Assembly (NCBI RefSeq): GCF_035594765.1
Contig: NC_085844.1
Coordinates: forward strand, 235,368,107-235,432,106
Source of the DNA: Anolis carolinensis
Taxonomy: Eukaryota
DNA length: 64,000 nucleotides
Direction: 5' to 3'
The notes under the pieces: model-generated
Seen by the model: only the letters and a program-made list of their open reading frames with translations
Database searches by the model: none
What the model was told of the DNA's origin: nothing
Translations under genes and position numbers: made by a program
In this document: positions 38,011 through 48,493 of the stretch, piece after piece
Layout: the number at the start of each line of letters is the position of its first letter
How positions within the stretch are numbered: the first letter of the stretch is position 1

Positions 38011-39895
38011 TGAAAGATTTGGTGTCTCTGATGCTGTCTTGATAAAACAAGGCACTACTAAGAGTATGGTAAGAATATGCAAGAAGGCTAAGTAGTTAAA
38101 GATTTATAACTCTGCTTTCTACACGTGAGGCTTAGATGTTCTCTGTTCTCTCAGTCTTAGACACAACATACACTCTCTCTCGCGCACACACACCTCAGCA
38201 GGAAGTGTAACTTCCTTTGCCTTGAAACAAACTGCCCTCCGCTAAGAAACTGTGAACCCTGAACAAACAAACCCAATGACAAACAACGCTGAAGAGAATC
38301 AACGTGCAGAATTAACAGTTTCAAGGAATTGCGGAAAGCACAGTAAGTTAATGAAGGATGGAGCCATACTCAGCCGATCTGAATGATTTGTTATTTACAA
38401 CCGCAGCCAACAGTGTGATCTGCCTTGACCTCATTTCACTTCATCTGTCTGATTAGGACCACATCAGAGATGTCTGGCTGCCTCGGAGGGCGTCGCAATG
38501 AATGGTTGCTACGGCGGGTCAGAGTACTTGCCAGTCTGTACAGTAGTCAAGACTTTGAACTTGGAGGGAGGGGGGAGCGAGGGACGGAAAAGAGCTGCTT
38601 TTGCAATCTTAATCCAAGAGCGCCGTTTAGCAACTGAGTGCTTCCTCTGTCTACAGGTGCTAATTGGAAATGAAGATCCCTCCCGACAAGTCTTCTCATT
38701 AACCTAAGAGCGAATTAACACATATGATAATATTTTTTAAAGAATATTTATTTCCCCCTCTACAATATTTTCTCACTAGGTTTCACATGGAGTAAGATTC
38801 ACATTTTGTCTAGACTGAAATTCTTTTGCTTGTTCTCATGTTTGCTAAAGCTTTATATGGATTATTCTTAGGTACACATACACAACACCACTTAAGGCGG
38901 CTCAGTTACCTTTTAGCATACTCCAGCTCTTAGCCTTATTACATACAATCATTGTGTTGAATTGCTGAACAGTGGACTTTCCATCATTCTTGAGAAGAGC
39001 AGTTTTCAATAAGCCTAAAAGGCAGTGGATAAGAAATGACGACCTGATCTACACTGTCATGTAATGCAGTCTGAAACTGCATTATGTAGCCAGTGTAGAC
39101 CCATGTAATGCAGTTCAATGCAGATAGACTGCAGTATATGGGGCTATATTGATCATATAATGTAGTTGCAAAAAGCATTATACAGCATATAGAACCAGCT
39201 ATGGATAGGGGAGTCATTCAGATTAATTATTCTAAACTATATTGGGCACAAACAAGTACAAATACTAATCATCAAGCAGAAGGAAGAAAACATTTAGAAT
39301 TATTGCACCACAAGTTTCCCCATCAGGATTACTCTTACACCCCATGCCACCTGATGCTATTTTTAAGAAGTGATAAAGTTTTTAAGAGCTTGACCCACAG
39401 GAGTTTCAATTTGCTTTTATTAAGCAACACAGAAATAGTTCAATGCATAGGTGGACAATCTGAAGCAAAACAAAGGTGAAGCAGTCAAGCAAAGTGTCTA
39501 CAAGGTGGCAGCCATGAGCCAAAGAATGCTCCAATTCCATGTATGCTTCCTTAAAAAGTGTTTTCTACTGTTTTTTATTCAGCTTACTCTCAAGTAAATG
39601 GCACAGTACTTTAGCCTTAAACAAATTCTTTAGAGATCACCAACCAACACTTTGCCTGCACAAAAAGCAAAAGAAATAATCTACACCCAGAAAAAGTCTT
39701 AAATAACACTATAGGTTGAGTCCTGTCTTCAAAGTGTCAACCCTTGCTTTTTGTTTGTTTGAAAGAGAACATATTGTTCCGAAACCAGAAAATCTTCATA
39801 TGTTCCATAGGTTGCACTATAGATCAGTGCTGATTTCTGAATTTTTGCAATGTCTATCAAATAAACATTTTATTGAAAGATCTATGGGACTGAAC

Positions 39896-40225
39896 GAGCC
39901 TCCGGTGGCACAGTGGGTTAAACCGCTGAGCTGCTGAACTTGCTGACCAAAAGGTTGGCAGTTCGAATCTGGGGAGTGGGGGAGCTCCTGCTGTTAGCCC
40001 CAGCTTCTGTCAACCTAGCAGTTCGAAAACATGCAAATGTGAGTAGATCAATAGGTACCGCTTCGGTGGGAAGGTAACGGCGCTCCATGCAGTCATGCAG
40101 GCCACATGACCTTGGAAGTGTCTATGGACAACGCCGGCTCTTCGTCTTAGAAATGGAGATGAGCACCAACCCCCAAAGTCAGACATGACTAGACTTAATG
40201 TCAAGGGGAAACCTTTACTTTTACC
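39896..40225 (+). mobile_element. Sauria SINE, full length
   Basis: A box GGTGGCACAGTGG, B box GTTCGAATC, core and ACCTTT tail. Confidence 0.93.
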
Positions 40226-42231
40226 TATGGACATAGGCTGATTCTAGTAACGTCCTCTCTTGTCAAATAACATTGATGGTCTATCACACAAATATCCATA
40301 TAGCTGTCTGCAGCATTATTATCCAGTTCTTTATCAAGTTACTTCAAAGTGAATAGAATTAGATTTAGTTATACATTAAGATAGTCTGGCAAATCCAGCT
40401 TTATACATTATCTGGAAGAGATACTAAAATATTCATTTGTATATGTATATGTAGGAAAAAATTAAGTTAAATTCAAATTTAATGTGCAGACAAACTAAAC
40501 TGAAGACCAAACTCAAAACTACATGTTCTCAGAATTCAAACTGCAAAAAACAGAATAATCTAGAGCTGAATTAAACCATTATGTTAGCTTTAATAGGCAG
40601 TGGCTGTATTGCGGTATCAAAGGAAAAATTTGCTCCACACATATATGAACACACCTAGTGTGATATTCTTTGATACCAAATACCTGGAACTAAGTTGCAT
40701 AGATTTACATAAGAATTACTCTCAAATAAGGACACAATGTTAAATCTCACCAGCAACAAGGATGTATATAGAGTTATTTTTAATTCTGTTGTAGCTTATT
40801 ATAAGAAATCCCACACAAATGAAAGTACTGTATTTCTTAACCGTCCCAAGATCATGGTTTTGAAAAGAGTTTGTACACCATACACTTCTTTAGGGATTCA
40901 TAGCATATATGAAAATTAGGGGACTTCGAGGTTTTGATACCCTAAATAATGTATTTAAAGAAAATATATAAAGTTTTTTTAAAACTCCCTCCTCCATTTC
41001 CCTTTTGTCTGGGATCACAGCAAAAGATTGCATTTCTAAATACACAGTGAAAGAGGAAAAAGAGGGGAGGAAAGAGAGAGAGAATGCAGTTAGTACTAAT
41101 GCTAACCTTGCAGGTCAAATTCCCCTGAGAACCACTTCATCAGAAGTGAGAAATGAAGTCTATTTGGAAGAGCAGACAACGAAATTAACAAGACTGCCTC
41201 TGTGTCAGCCAAAACATCATTACGGCTGATTATCCTGGAGGAAAGGACTGAAAATAAAGGTGATGCATTTGAAAAGAAAAGCAGGGGGAAATGTGGAGAC
41301 GGGGCTTGGAAGACGGGGAGATGAACATTTGGCACTTCATTACACAGTAGGCAGAAGCTGCATACATATTATTATAAGCAAAGAAAATACAGTCATGTGT
41401 TGGGGATTCTCTGGGTGATAGATATTCAAAAGCTACAGCCAAAACAGTTTAAAGACTGAGGGTGCGAAGAGAAAGCCATTTTAATGTCTGCAGTATTGAG
41501 AGAAACCACGTTTTCCATGGACATGGATTTTTAATTTGCAGAATTTTAGGAGGAAGTAATTTGGCACATACACCTTCAACCGGCAGGGGCAAGGGGAGAG
41601 ACAGGCCCTCCCACTGGCGTTATTAGACCCCATGAGTCTAGCCATATAGCAGTTACATCAAGGGCACTACTACACCAAGAATTAATGAGGATACATATCG
41701 CTCTTGTCCTTTGCACAGGTTTGATGCTTCAAATACCAGACCCTTTACTTGTACAATGTGGGTGTGCAAATGAGGAGGGAACACTGAAAATCTGCTAAAT
41801 TCATTAACTATTAAAAATCCAAAAATCTCCTAAATCTTACCTGTGCTTGAGAATTTTTTTTAGAAAAAGAAGCCTATCTTGTGCATAACATTACAGAAGA
41901 GTAAAGAAAGAACAGAGTGGAAATGTATTTGACTGCATCAACTGCAATGCTATATACATGACTGCTGAGAAGCTCAATTAAGCCTAAGTCAGGTAAGCAG
42001 GTAGAGAATTGCAGCTTGGGTTTAAAATCACTGTTTTCCCCACCCTAGGACATTTATAAAGCTATTTAACCACCCATGCTGCTTTCACATAGCCACACAC
42101 ATTTTATATACAAAAGATTTATTACAGGCATAGGCCAGCATAAGATTTTTAGAAATATCCAGGGAATACAATGCGGAAAGTCTTATCGTTGGTCTCTAGT
42201 ACAATACATTGACTTAGCCGGTTTTATAGAC

Positions 42232-42233
42232 AC

Positions 42234-42284
<51 letters not shown>
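42232..42284. repeat. (CT)n(CA)n compound microsatellite
   Basis: Directly visible. Confidence 0.97.
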
Positions 42285-42287
<3 letters not shown>

Positions 42288-43194
42288 GGAAAACAGCCAA
42301 CTTTGTCTGACTTAGCCTTTCAGAAGGCTAGACAGAGCTGTAATCTACTTCTCAGACCTAGTGATTACTATTTATAGTCACAAATTCTGGTGTGCTGGAC
42401 ATAACATTTGCATTCTCAAGGTGCACACAAACACACAAGACTCCTTGGTAAGGCAACTTCTTTGCTAAATTATTATTCTACAGTATTGTGGTGGGTCCCT
42501 TTCCCCTCTCAAGGTCTACTCGGACAGAACAGGAGCTCTGCTGGATCAATACAAACTCATTTGATTCAGCTTTCTACTCTCCCATTATATGGCTTCCCTT
42601 GGAAACTTATAGGGCAAAACACCAAATGCACAAGGCATCCACCCCATTAGACCCTGACCATGACTTTCCAAGGTGGGCTGCCTCTTAACTCTGAGGGATC
42701 CCCTTTAGTTAACATGACAAATAACCTTCAGACTGCATGAATGCATTCAATCCTTTAATAATATGAGTTCAGGGAGAAGGATTGGGACTGGGTCTATAGA
42801 AAGAGAAAATTCAATAGTTGGGGAGGGGAACTGGGAAGAGGACAGAAAACTGAGTTAAAGGGGGTGTCTCCCAAAATGTATACACCCTTTACATCTTATA
42901 ATTCTGGATTGTTATCATTTCTTGCATTTTTCCCACAATACACCCTTAATAGGATTGATTATTCCAATAGTAGAGACGTGTTAGGAAATTGCCAGACAAA
43001 CTTTTAAGTGAAATAAGTGAATTGAGTATGCGAGGAATGCGTTGCTGCGCAGGCATGGACAATGTGAATACTTTACATAAAATTGTAATTTAAGATAAGA
43101 CCGTCTAGCTCTGATTAAATCATTGTTCTAACCTTCTTCCATGCTTACGTATCCTTCCAATAATCACCCTAGTTTATTTTAACTATACATTTTG

Positions 43195-44760
43195 GGGGGG
43201 AAAGGCATGTGTATATGAAAAAGGAAAAGTGGGAAAGACTGGTGGAGAAAGTGGGTGGGAAAGGACTGGAAATGGGAAAAGGTTGGAATGGGAAGGGGGT
43301 GGTTGAAAAAGTGGTAAAACGAGGTGGAAAAGGGGGGCTGGAAAAGTAGGACAGACTGGGATGCGAAGAGGGTAACTGGAGAAGTGGGAATGATTGAGGC
43401 ATGAAAGGGGGGCTGAAAACTGGGAAAGGTTGGGATGGAAAGGGGGCTGGGAACAGTGGGAAAGATCCCAGTCTAGAGTGTAAAGTGGGGGGTTGGGAAA
43501 AGATGGGGAAATCAGGGTGGAAAAGAGGGGCAGCTGAAAACAACTGGGATGAGGAATGGAAGATTGCAAAATGAGCAAGATTGGGGTGTAAAAAAGGGGC
43601 TAGAAAGGTGGAAAGATTGGGGTGGGAAGGGGGCAACTGGGGAAGTGGGAAAGATGCAGGCGGGAAAGGGGGGCTGGAAATTTTTGCATTTTGGCCTGTA
43701 TTAATAGGAGTGTAAGTGTCTAGATCCAGGGAAGTCATGTTACCTCTCTAATCTGCCTTGGTCAGACCACACATGGAATCACACTGTATCCAATTCTGGG
43801 CGCCTAGATTGAAGGGAGATGTTGACAAGCTGGAATGTGTCCAGAGGAGGGCGACTAAAAGGATCAAGGGTCTGGAGAGCAAGCCCTATGAGGAGTGGCT
43901 TAAAGAGCTGGGCATGTTTAGCCTGCAGAAGAGAAGTCTGAGAGGAGACATAATGAGGGCCATGTATAAAGATGTGAGGGGAAATCATAGGGAGGAGGGA
44001 GCAAGCTTGTTTTCTGCTGCCCTGGAGACTAGGACGCGAAACAATGGCTTCAAACTATAGGAAAGGAAATTCCACCTGAGCATTAGGAAGAGCTTTAGTG
44101 AGAGCTGTTCAGCAGTAGAACTCTTTGCCCAGAGTGTGGTGGAGGTTCCTTCTTTGGAGATTTTTAAGCAGAGGCTGGATGGCCATCAGTCGGGGGTGCT
44201 CTGAATGCAATTTTCCTTCTTCTTGGCAGAATGGGGTTGGACTGGATAGCCCGCAAGGTCTCTTCCAACTCTATGATTCTACTATTCTATGGGGGCAACT
44301 GGGGGAGTGGGAAAGACTGAGGGGTGGAAAAGGGGGCTGGAAACTGGGAAAGGTTGGGATGGAAAGAAGGGCTGGAAAAGTGGGAAACACCCCAGTCTAG
44401 AGTGTGAAGGGGAGGATTGGGAAAAACTGGGGAAATTGGGGTGGGAAAAAGAGGCAGCTGAAAATGATTGGGGTAGGGAAAGGAAGATTGCAAAATGAGC
44501 CAAATCAGGGTGCAAAGGAGGGGGGAGCTGGTAAGATTGGGGTGGAAAGGGGGCAAGAGGAGAAGTGGGATAACCACAGGCGGGAAAGGGGAGCTGGAAA
44601 CTGGGGAAGGCAGGGATAGAAAGGGGTGCTGGAAAGACTGGGGTGAGGAAGAGGGTCTGGGAAAGGGTGCAAGACTAGAGTGGGAAAGGGGCTGGAACTT
44701 AGGAAAGGCGGCCTGGAAAAATGGGAAACTGAGGTGGGAAGGAGTGGAGTGGCAAATGAG
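43195..44760. repeat. G/A-rich degenerate minisatellite with ~310-bp higher-order duplication, split by CR1
   Basis: Monomers like GGGAAAGRTTGGGGTGGAAAGGGGGCTGGAAA. Blocks ~43370-43680 and ~44291-44600 share CCCAGTCTAGAGTGT, GCAGCTGAAAA and GGAAGATTGCAAAATGAGC. Confidence 0.85.
43681..44290 (+). mobile_element. CR1 LINE 3' fragment (~610 bp), ORF2 disrupted
   Basis: [39 protein letters not shown]..., premature TAG at 44058-44060, ATTCTATG tail. Confidence 0.93.
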
Positions 44761-44779
44761 GGGAGGGCTTCTGGTCTTT

Positions 44780-45160
44780 GGAAGGGGCTGCCTGGGGAGA
44801 GCCGGTGGAGGGCCCAGGGCTCCCAACGCGGCTGCCTGCCTGCTCTCCTTGCTCCCTCTTCCTCCTCCTCTGCCGGAGCGGGTGCTTTAAATAGCCCCAG
44901 CAGCCTGGGCCGCCGTCTGGCTCGGCCAAGGAGAGACAAAGCTCCGCGGGGCCAGCAGCAGAGCAGCCGCCTGGGGTTGCCTCCTCCCCCTCCTCCAGAA
45001 GGGAGACCCGGCCCCGGACTCCCCCTAAAAGGGGGCAGAAAAGGAGCCAGAAAAGGGAGCTGCGCCCGTTTGGAGGCTGGAAGGAAAACCAGCTTCTCCC
45101 TCTTCGCCCCCATAAAAGCAAGGGGGGTTTCTTTCATTTTATTTTAGGGGCGGGGGGTTA
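44780..45160. promoter_or_regulatory. CpG-rich intronic element ~1.4 kb into intron 1 (candidate TGF-beta enhancer)
   Basis: CpG-rich island remnant with CAGA box GTCTGGCT 44915-44922, AGACAAAG, TATA-like TTTAAATA and a GC box near 45147-45155. Confidence 0.5.
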
Positions 45161-45250
45161 GTTAGAGTTTGAGTTGAAGTTCAGCTTCCCCCCTCTACCT
45201 TCAAAATCAATCAAGCCTAAAACGAGGACACAGAGTGGTTGGCTTTGGAG

Positions 45251-45252
<2 letters not shown>

Positions 45253-45296
<44 letters not shown>
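45253..45296. repeat. (GT)n microsatellite
   Basis: About 22 GT units. Confidence 0.98.
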
Positions 45297-45297
<1 letters not shown>

Positions 45298-45459
45298 GAG
45301 AGTGGGTCAGGAAACAAGCCCAGGTTCGTATTTCTCCGCCAAATGGATAGAGTGGCGGTTGTTAACCAGAGGAGGGAAGGAAAGCGGGAGAGATGGGAGT
45401 GCGGGTTGCAAGCCCGATTCAAAAGAAAACTTTTCTGCTTTATCGAAGGCTTTCCTGGC

Positions 45460-45815
45460 TGGGTTGCTGTGAGTTTTCTGGGCTCCAGAAGCATTCTCTC
45501 CGGAAGTTTCGCCTACAACTATAGCAGGCATCCTCAGAGATCTGTTGAAAACTAGGCAAGTGGGGTTTCTATATCTGTGGAAAGTCCAGATTGGGAGAAA
45601 GAACTCTCCTCTGTTGGAGGCAGGTGTGAATGTTGCAATTGGCCACCTTGATTAGCACCGAACAGCCTTGCAGCTTCAAAGCCTGGCTGCTTCCTGCTTG
45701 AGGAAATCTTTTGTTGTGAGGTGTTAGCTGGCCCTGGTTGTTTCATGTCCTGAATTCCCCCGTTTTCAGAGTGTTGCTCTTTTTATTTATAGTCCCAATT
45801 TTAGATTTTTTAAAA
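45460..45815 (-). mobile_element. Penelope-like element terminal fragment
   Basis: GGGTTGCTGTGAGTTTTC..CCAGAAGCATTCTCTCC..GGCATCCTCAGAG..GGAAATCTTTTGTTG. Strand assigned by hammerhead sense. Confidence 0.75.
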
Positions 45816-45984
45816 ATAATATTGGGCGATCCCTCGCGATGGCTCTCCAAGTGTCTTGGCGGTAGGTACCTAGGTGACTGTGGAGTCCTAATTCTTGACC
45901 CGCATGTTCTTCTACAGTAAGGGCATCTGTAGCCAGGTTTTGTTCATTTCCATGTTTTTTTTCCTCCTAGAATTAGCCTTCAGT

Positions 45985-46205
45985 GCTAACCCAGGTGGCC
46001 ATCTGCCACATTCACCCCTGCCTCAAGCAGACAAGAGTTCTTTCTCCCACAGAGAGATATCAACTCCACTTGCCTCGTTTCCAACAGACCTCACAACCTC
46101 TGAGGATGCCTGCCATAGATGTGGGCGAAAAGTCAGGAGAGAGCATAGAAAACTCACAGCAACCCAGTGATTCCGTCCAGGAAAGCCTCCGACAACGCAT
46201 TCCTC
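45985..46205 (+). mobile_element. Penelope-like terminal fragment, inverted relative to 45460-45815
   Basis: Reverse-complement match to 45460-45650, contains CTGAGGA..GAAA..GTC. Confidence 0.75.
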
Positions 46206-46229
46206 CTTTCTGTCGAAAACTTTTCTCTC

Positions 46230-47140
46230 TGCGGGAGAGAAAGTATAAAGAGGGAAGAGTTTGGGGGACGGGAGGAGGAAGTGGGGGAAGGAGCCCTTGT
46301 CCGGGCGAGACCCCCTCCCTCCCTCCCTTTCCCCCTTTGCCCAAAACGGAGCGCCCCTACTCACTGATCTCCATGCTCTGGAACAAAGAGCGCTTGCAGT
46401 TGCATGTGCAGGAGACATTGGGCTGGCTGGCTCCGCTGGTGCCGTTGAGCCCCATCAAGTGATACATGGAGGGCGGCGGGGCGGCCACGGAGCCCGGCGG
46501 CAAGCAGGACCCTCGGCGCAGACCTCCTCCTCCTCCGCCGGGATCACCATAAAGCCGGCGCCTCGCCTGGGCCGAGGCGGGCGAGCGAAGAGTGTCCGCT
46601 TCTCTGCCCGCTTCTCGGGGGAGCAGGGGAGCAGGCGGCTCGGGCTCTAGCTCTAGTCAAAGCCCGGCGTGGAGCGCGGCGGTCTCGGCCCCGGCCATGT
46701 CCCCCGAGCCCCGCTCAGCCCTCGAAGTTGAGCGCTGGGAAGGAAAAGAGTCCTGCTGCCACTTTGTTTCTCTCGCAACTCCCTCTTCCTTCCTCCCTCC
46801 CTCCCTTCTTTCCCCTCTTTCCTTTCCTCCCTCCCCGCTCCTCCTCCTCCTCTTCTTCCCTCCCTCCGTCCTTTGCTCCTCATTCAAGTCCAAGGAGATC
46901 CAGTTTCGCGAAGGGAGGGGGGAAGCGGCTGGGAGCAGACAGGCGGGGTGACGTCAGCGCTAGACTGGAACTGCCCTTTCCGACGGGAGGGGCGGCAGCG
47001 AGGGAGGGAGGGGGGGGAGCGCGCCTCTGGAAGGAATCCAGAAGGAGGGAGGCGAAGAAGAAGGGGAAGAAAGTGAATGGACGCCCCGGCTGACCAATCA
47101 CAGGTGCGTCGCCTCCCTCTGACTCCGCCCACTTCCCAAG
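46230..47140 (-). promoter_or_regulatory. CpG island, 5'UTR and promoter of PMEPA1
   Basis: High GC/CpG. Full CRE TGACGTCA 46949-46956 next to GC box GGCGGGG 46942-46948 and CAGAC 46936-46940. CCAAT 47094-47098, E-box CAGGTG 47101-47106, GC box near 47125-47130. Confidence 0.85.
46365..46467 (-). CDS. PMEPA1: PMEPA1/TMEPAI first coding exon (N-terminal luminal segment), phase-1 donor
   Basis: Minus strand reads ATG TAT CAC TTG ATG ... GAG ATC A|GTGAGT = MYHLMGLNGTSGASQPNVSCTCNCKRSLFQSMEI (34 codons + 1 nt). QPNVSCTCNCKRSLFQSMEI matches the PMEPA1 isoform-a N-terminus as I recall it. Canonical donor, located in a CpG island. Confidence 0.95.
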
Positions 47141-47189
47141 CTCATCTGCCCTGACTCTTAAAGGTGCCCAGACCTGTTCAATGTGCTTT

Positions 47190-47850
47190 CATGCCCGGAA
47201 TCACTGGCTTGTTGTGAGTTTTCCGGGCTGTATGACCATGTCCCAGAAGCATCTTCTCCTGACGTTTTGCCCACATCTGTGGCAGGCATCCTCAGAGGTT
47301 ATGAGGTCTGTTGGAAACTAGGCAAGGGAGGTTTATACCCTGTTTCCCCTAAAATAAGACATCCCCAGAAAATAAGATCTAGTAGAAGTTTTGCTGAATT
47401 GCTAAATATAAGGCCTCCCCCGAAAGTAAGACCTAGCAAAGGTTTTGTTTGGAAGCATGCCCGCCAAACAGAACACCAGAGAATGCAGGATCTGTAAATG
47501 TGTGTACCATAGAGTGTTGTACATGGAAATAATGGTAGTAACAAGAAATTCTTGATAAGATTCACAGTTTGTCTGGTTATGCTGGTTTGTGATAACTACT
47601 GTACAGTATATAATAAATGTTCATTTTTTTGTTCAACAATAAATGTGAATTTTTCTTCATGGAAAAATAAGACATCCCCTGAAAATAAGACCTAGTGCAT
47701 CTTTGGGAGCAAAAATTAATATAAGACACTCTTATTTTCGGGGAAACACGGTATATCTATGGAATAATGCCCAGGGTGGGAATTAAAAGTTGTCTGTTGT
47801 CTTCTGGAACATAGCTATACAACCTGGAAAACTTACAGCAACCCAGTGGC
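47190..47850 (-). mobile_element. Penelope-like fragment with short inverted end, interrupted by a TcMar MITE
   Basis: Same family as above. The sequence resumes after the MITE at 47752. Confidence 0.75.
47338..47751. mobile_element. TcMar (pogo/Tc2-like) MITE
   Basis: TIRs CCCTGTTTCCCCTAAAATAAGA / TCTTATTTTCGGGGAAACACGG, TA TSD, internal AAAATAAGAC repeats. Confidence 0.9.
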
Positions 47851-47990
47851 CAGATTTTTTTTTTTTTTTTTTTGCAAACGGAGCTGGGATAGGCTTGAAG
47901 AAACCAAGGCAAGGAGTGAGGTGGCATCGCTAGGATAGACTGCTTAGGGGTGTGACACCAGACGTCAGGCACCAAAATGAGACTCTATAC

Positions 47991-48105
47991 CAGGCATGGA
48001 CAAACTTCAGCCCTTCCAGGTGTTTTGGACTTCAACTTCCACAATTCATAGCAGCCAATAGTTGAAATCCAAAACACCTGGAGGGGCGAAGTTTGCCCAT
48101 GCCTG
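47991..48105. mobile_element. Palindromic hAT MITE
   Basis: CAGGCATGG...CCATGCCTG ends, TSD CTCTATAC/CTTTATAC. Confidence 0.9.
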
Positions 48106-48144
48106 CTTTATACAATTATTGTGCAATGTTTAAACAGAAATTCA

Positions 48145-48493
48145 TCTTTATATATATAAAAGGGTAATGAAATTTCGGCCTAGGACAAAACAACAAAACT
48201 ACACATCCCAGAAACTAAACTTGGCAGCACAATCCCTCATCCATGCCTCTATGTTCATACAACAAAAAGCTCCAGCTATTTATTATTTATTTATTTATTT
48301 ACAGCATTTATATTCCGCCCTTCTCACCCCGAAGGGGACTTAGGGCGGATCACATTGCACACATAAAGGCAAACATTCAATGCCTTGACATAAAACAGCC
48401 AGGCTTTGAGACTGCAAGGCTATTCACTGCTATTCCACCTGGCCAACAAAGGATTCCCATAAGCCACAGCAACGAGTGGCCGGGCAAAGCTAG
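48145..48493 (+). mobile_element. Non-autonomous Helitron
   Basis: A|TCTTTATATATATAAAAG 5' end, subterminal hairpin GCCAC..GTGGC, CTAG|T 3' end, no TSD. Confidence 0.75.

Larger units (their letters stand above)
1..46364 (-). other. PMEPA1: PMEPA1 intron 1 (continues beyond window start)
   Basis: Begins GTGAGT after exon 1. No ELEFVQIIIIVVVMM-type exon 2 found. A large first intron is typical of this gene. Confidence 0.8.

Noticed and set aside
41835-41850. Strong minus-strand donor CAG|GTAAGA
   Set aside because: No supporting acceptor, ORF or promoter found. Such sites occur by chance in 46 kb.
43169-45147. Longest ORFs in the window (130-210 aa, Pro/Phe/Ser- or Gly-rich)
   Set aside because: Products of low-complexity minisatellite and GC-rich sequence, with no recognisable domain.
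46261-47132. Multiple overlapping plus- and minus-strand ORFs in the CpG island
   Set aside because: Explained by stop-codon depletion in high-GC sequence. Only the PMEPA1 exon has homology support.
47257-47300. Hammerhead motif in the Penelope copy upstream of the promoter
   Set aside because: The conserved GAAA is mutated to AAAA, so it is predicted inactive.
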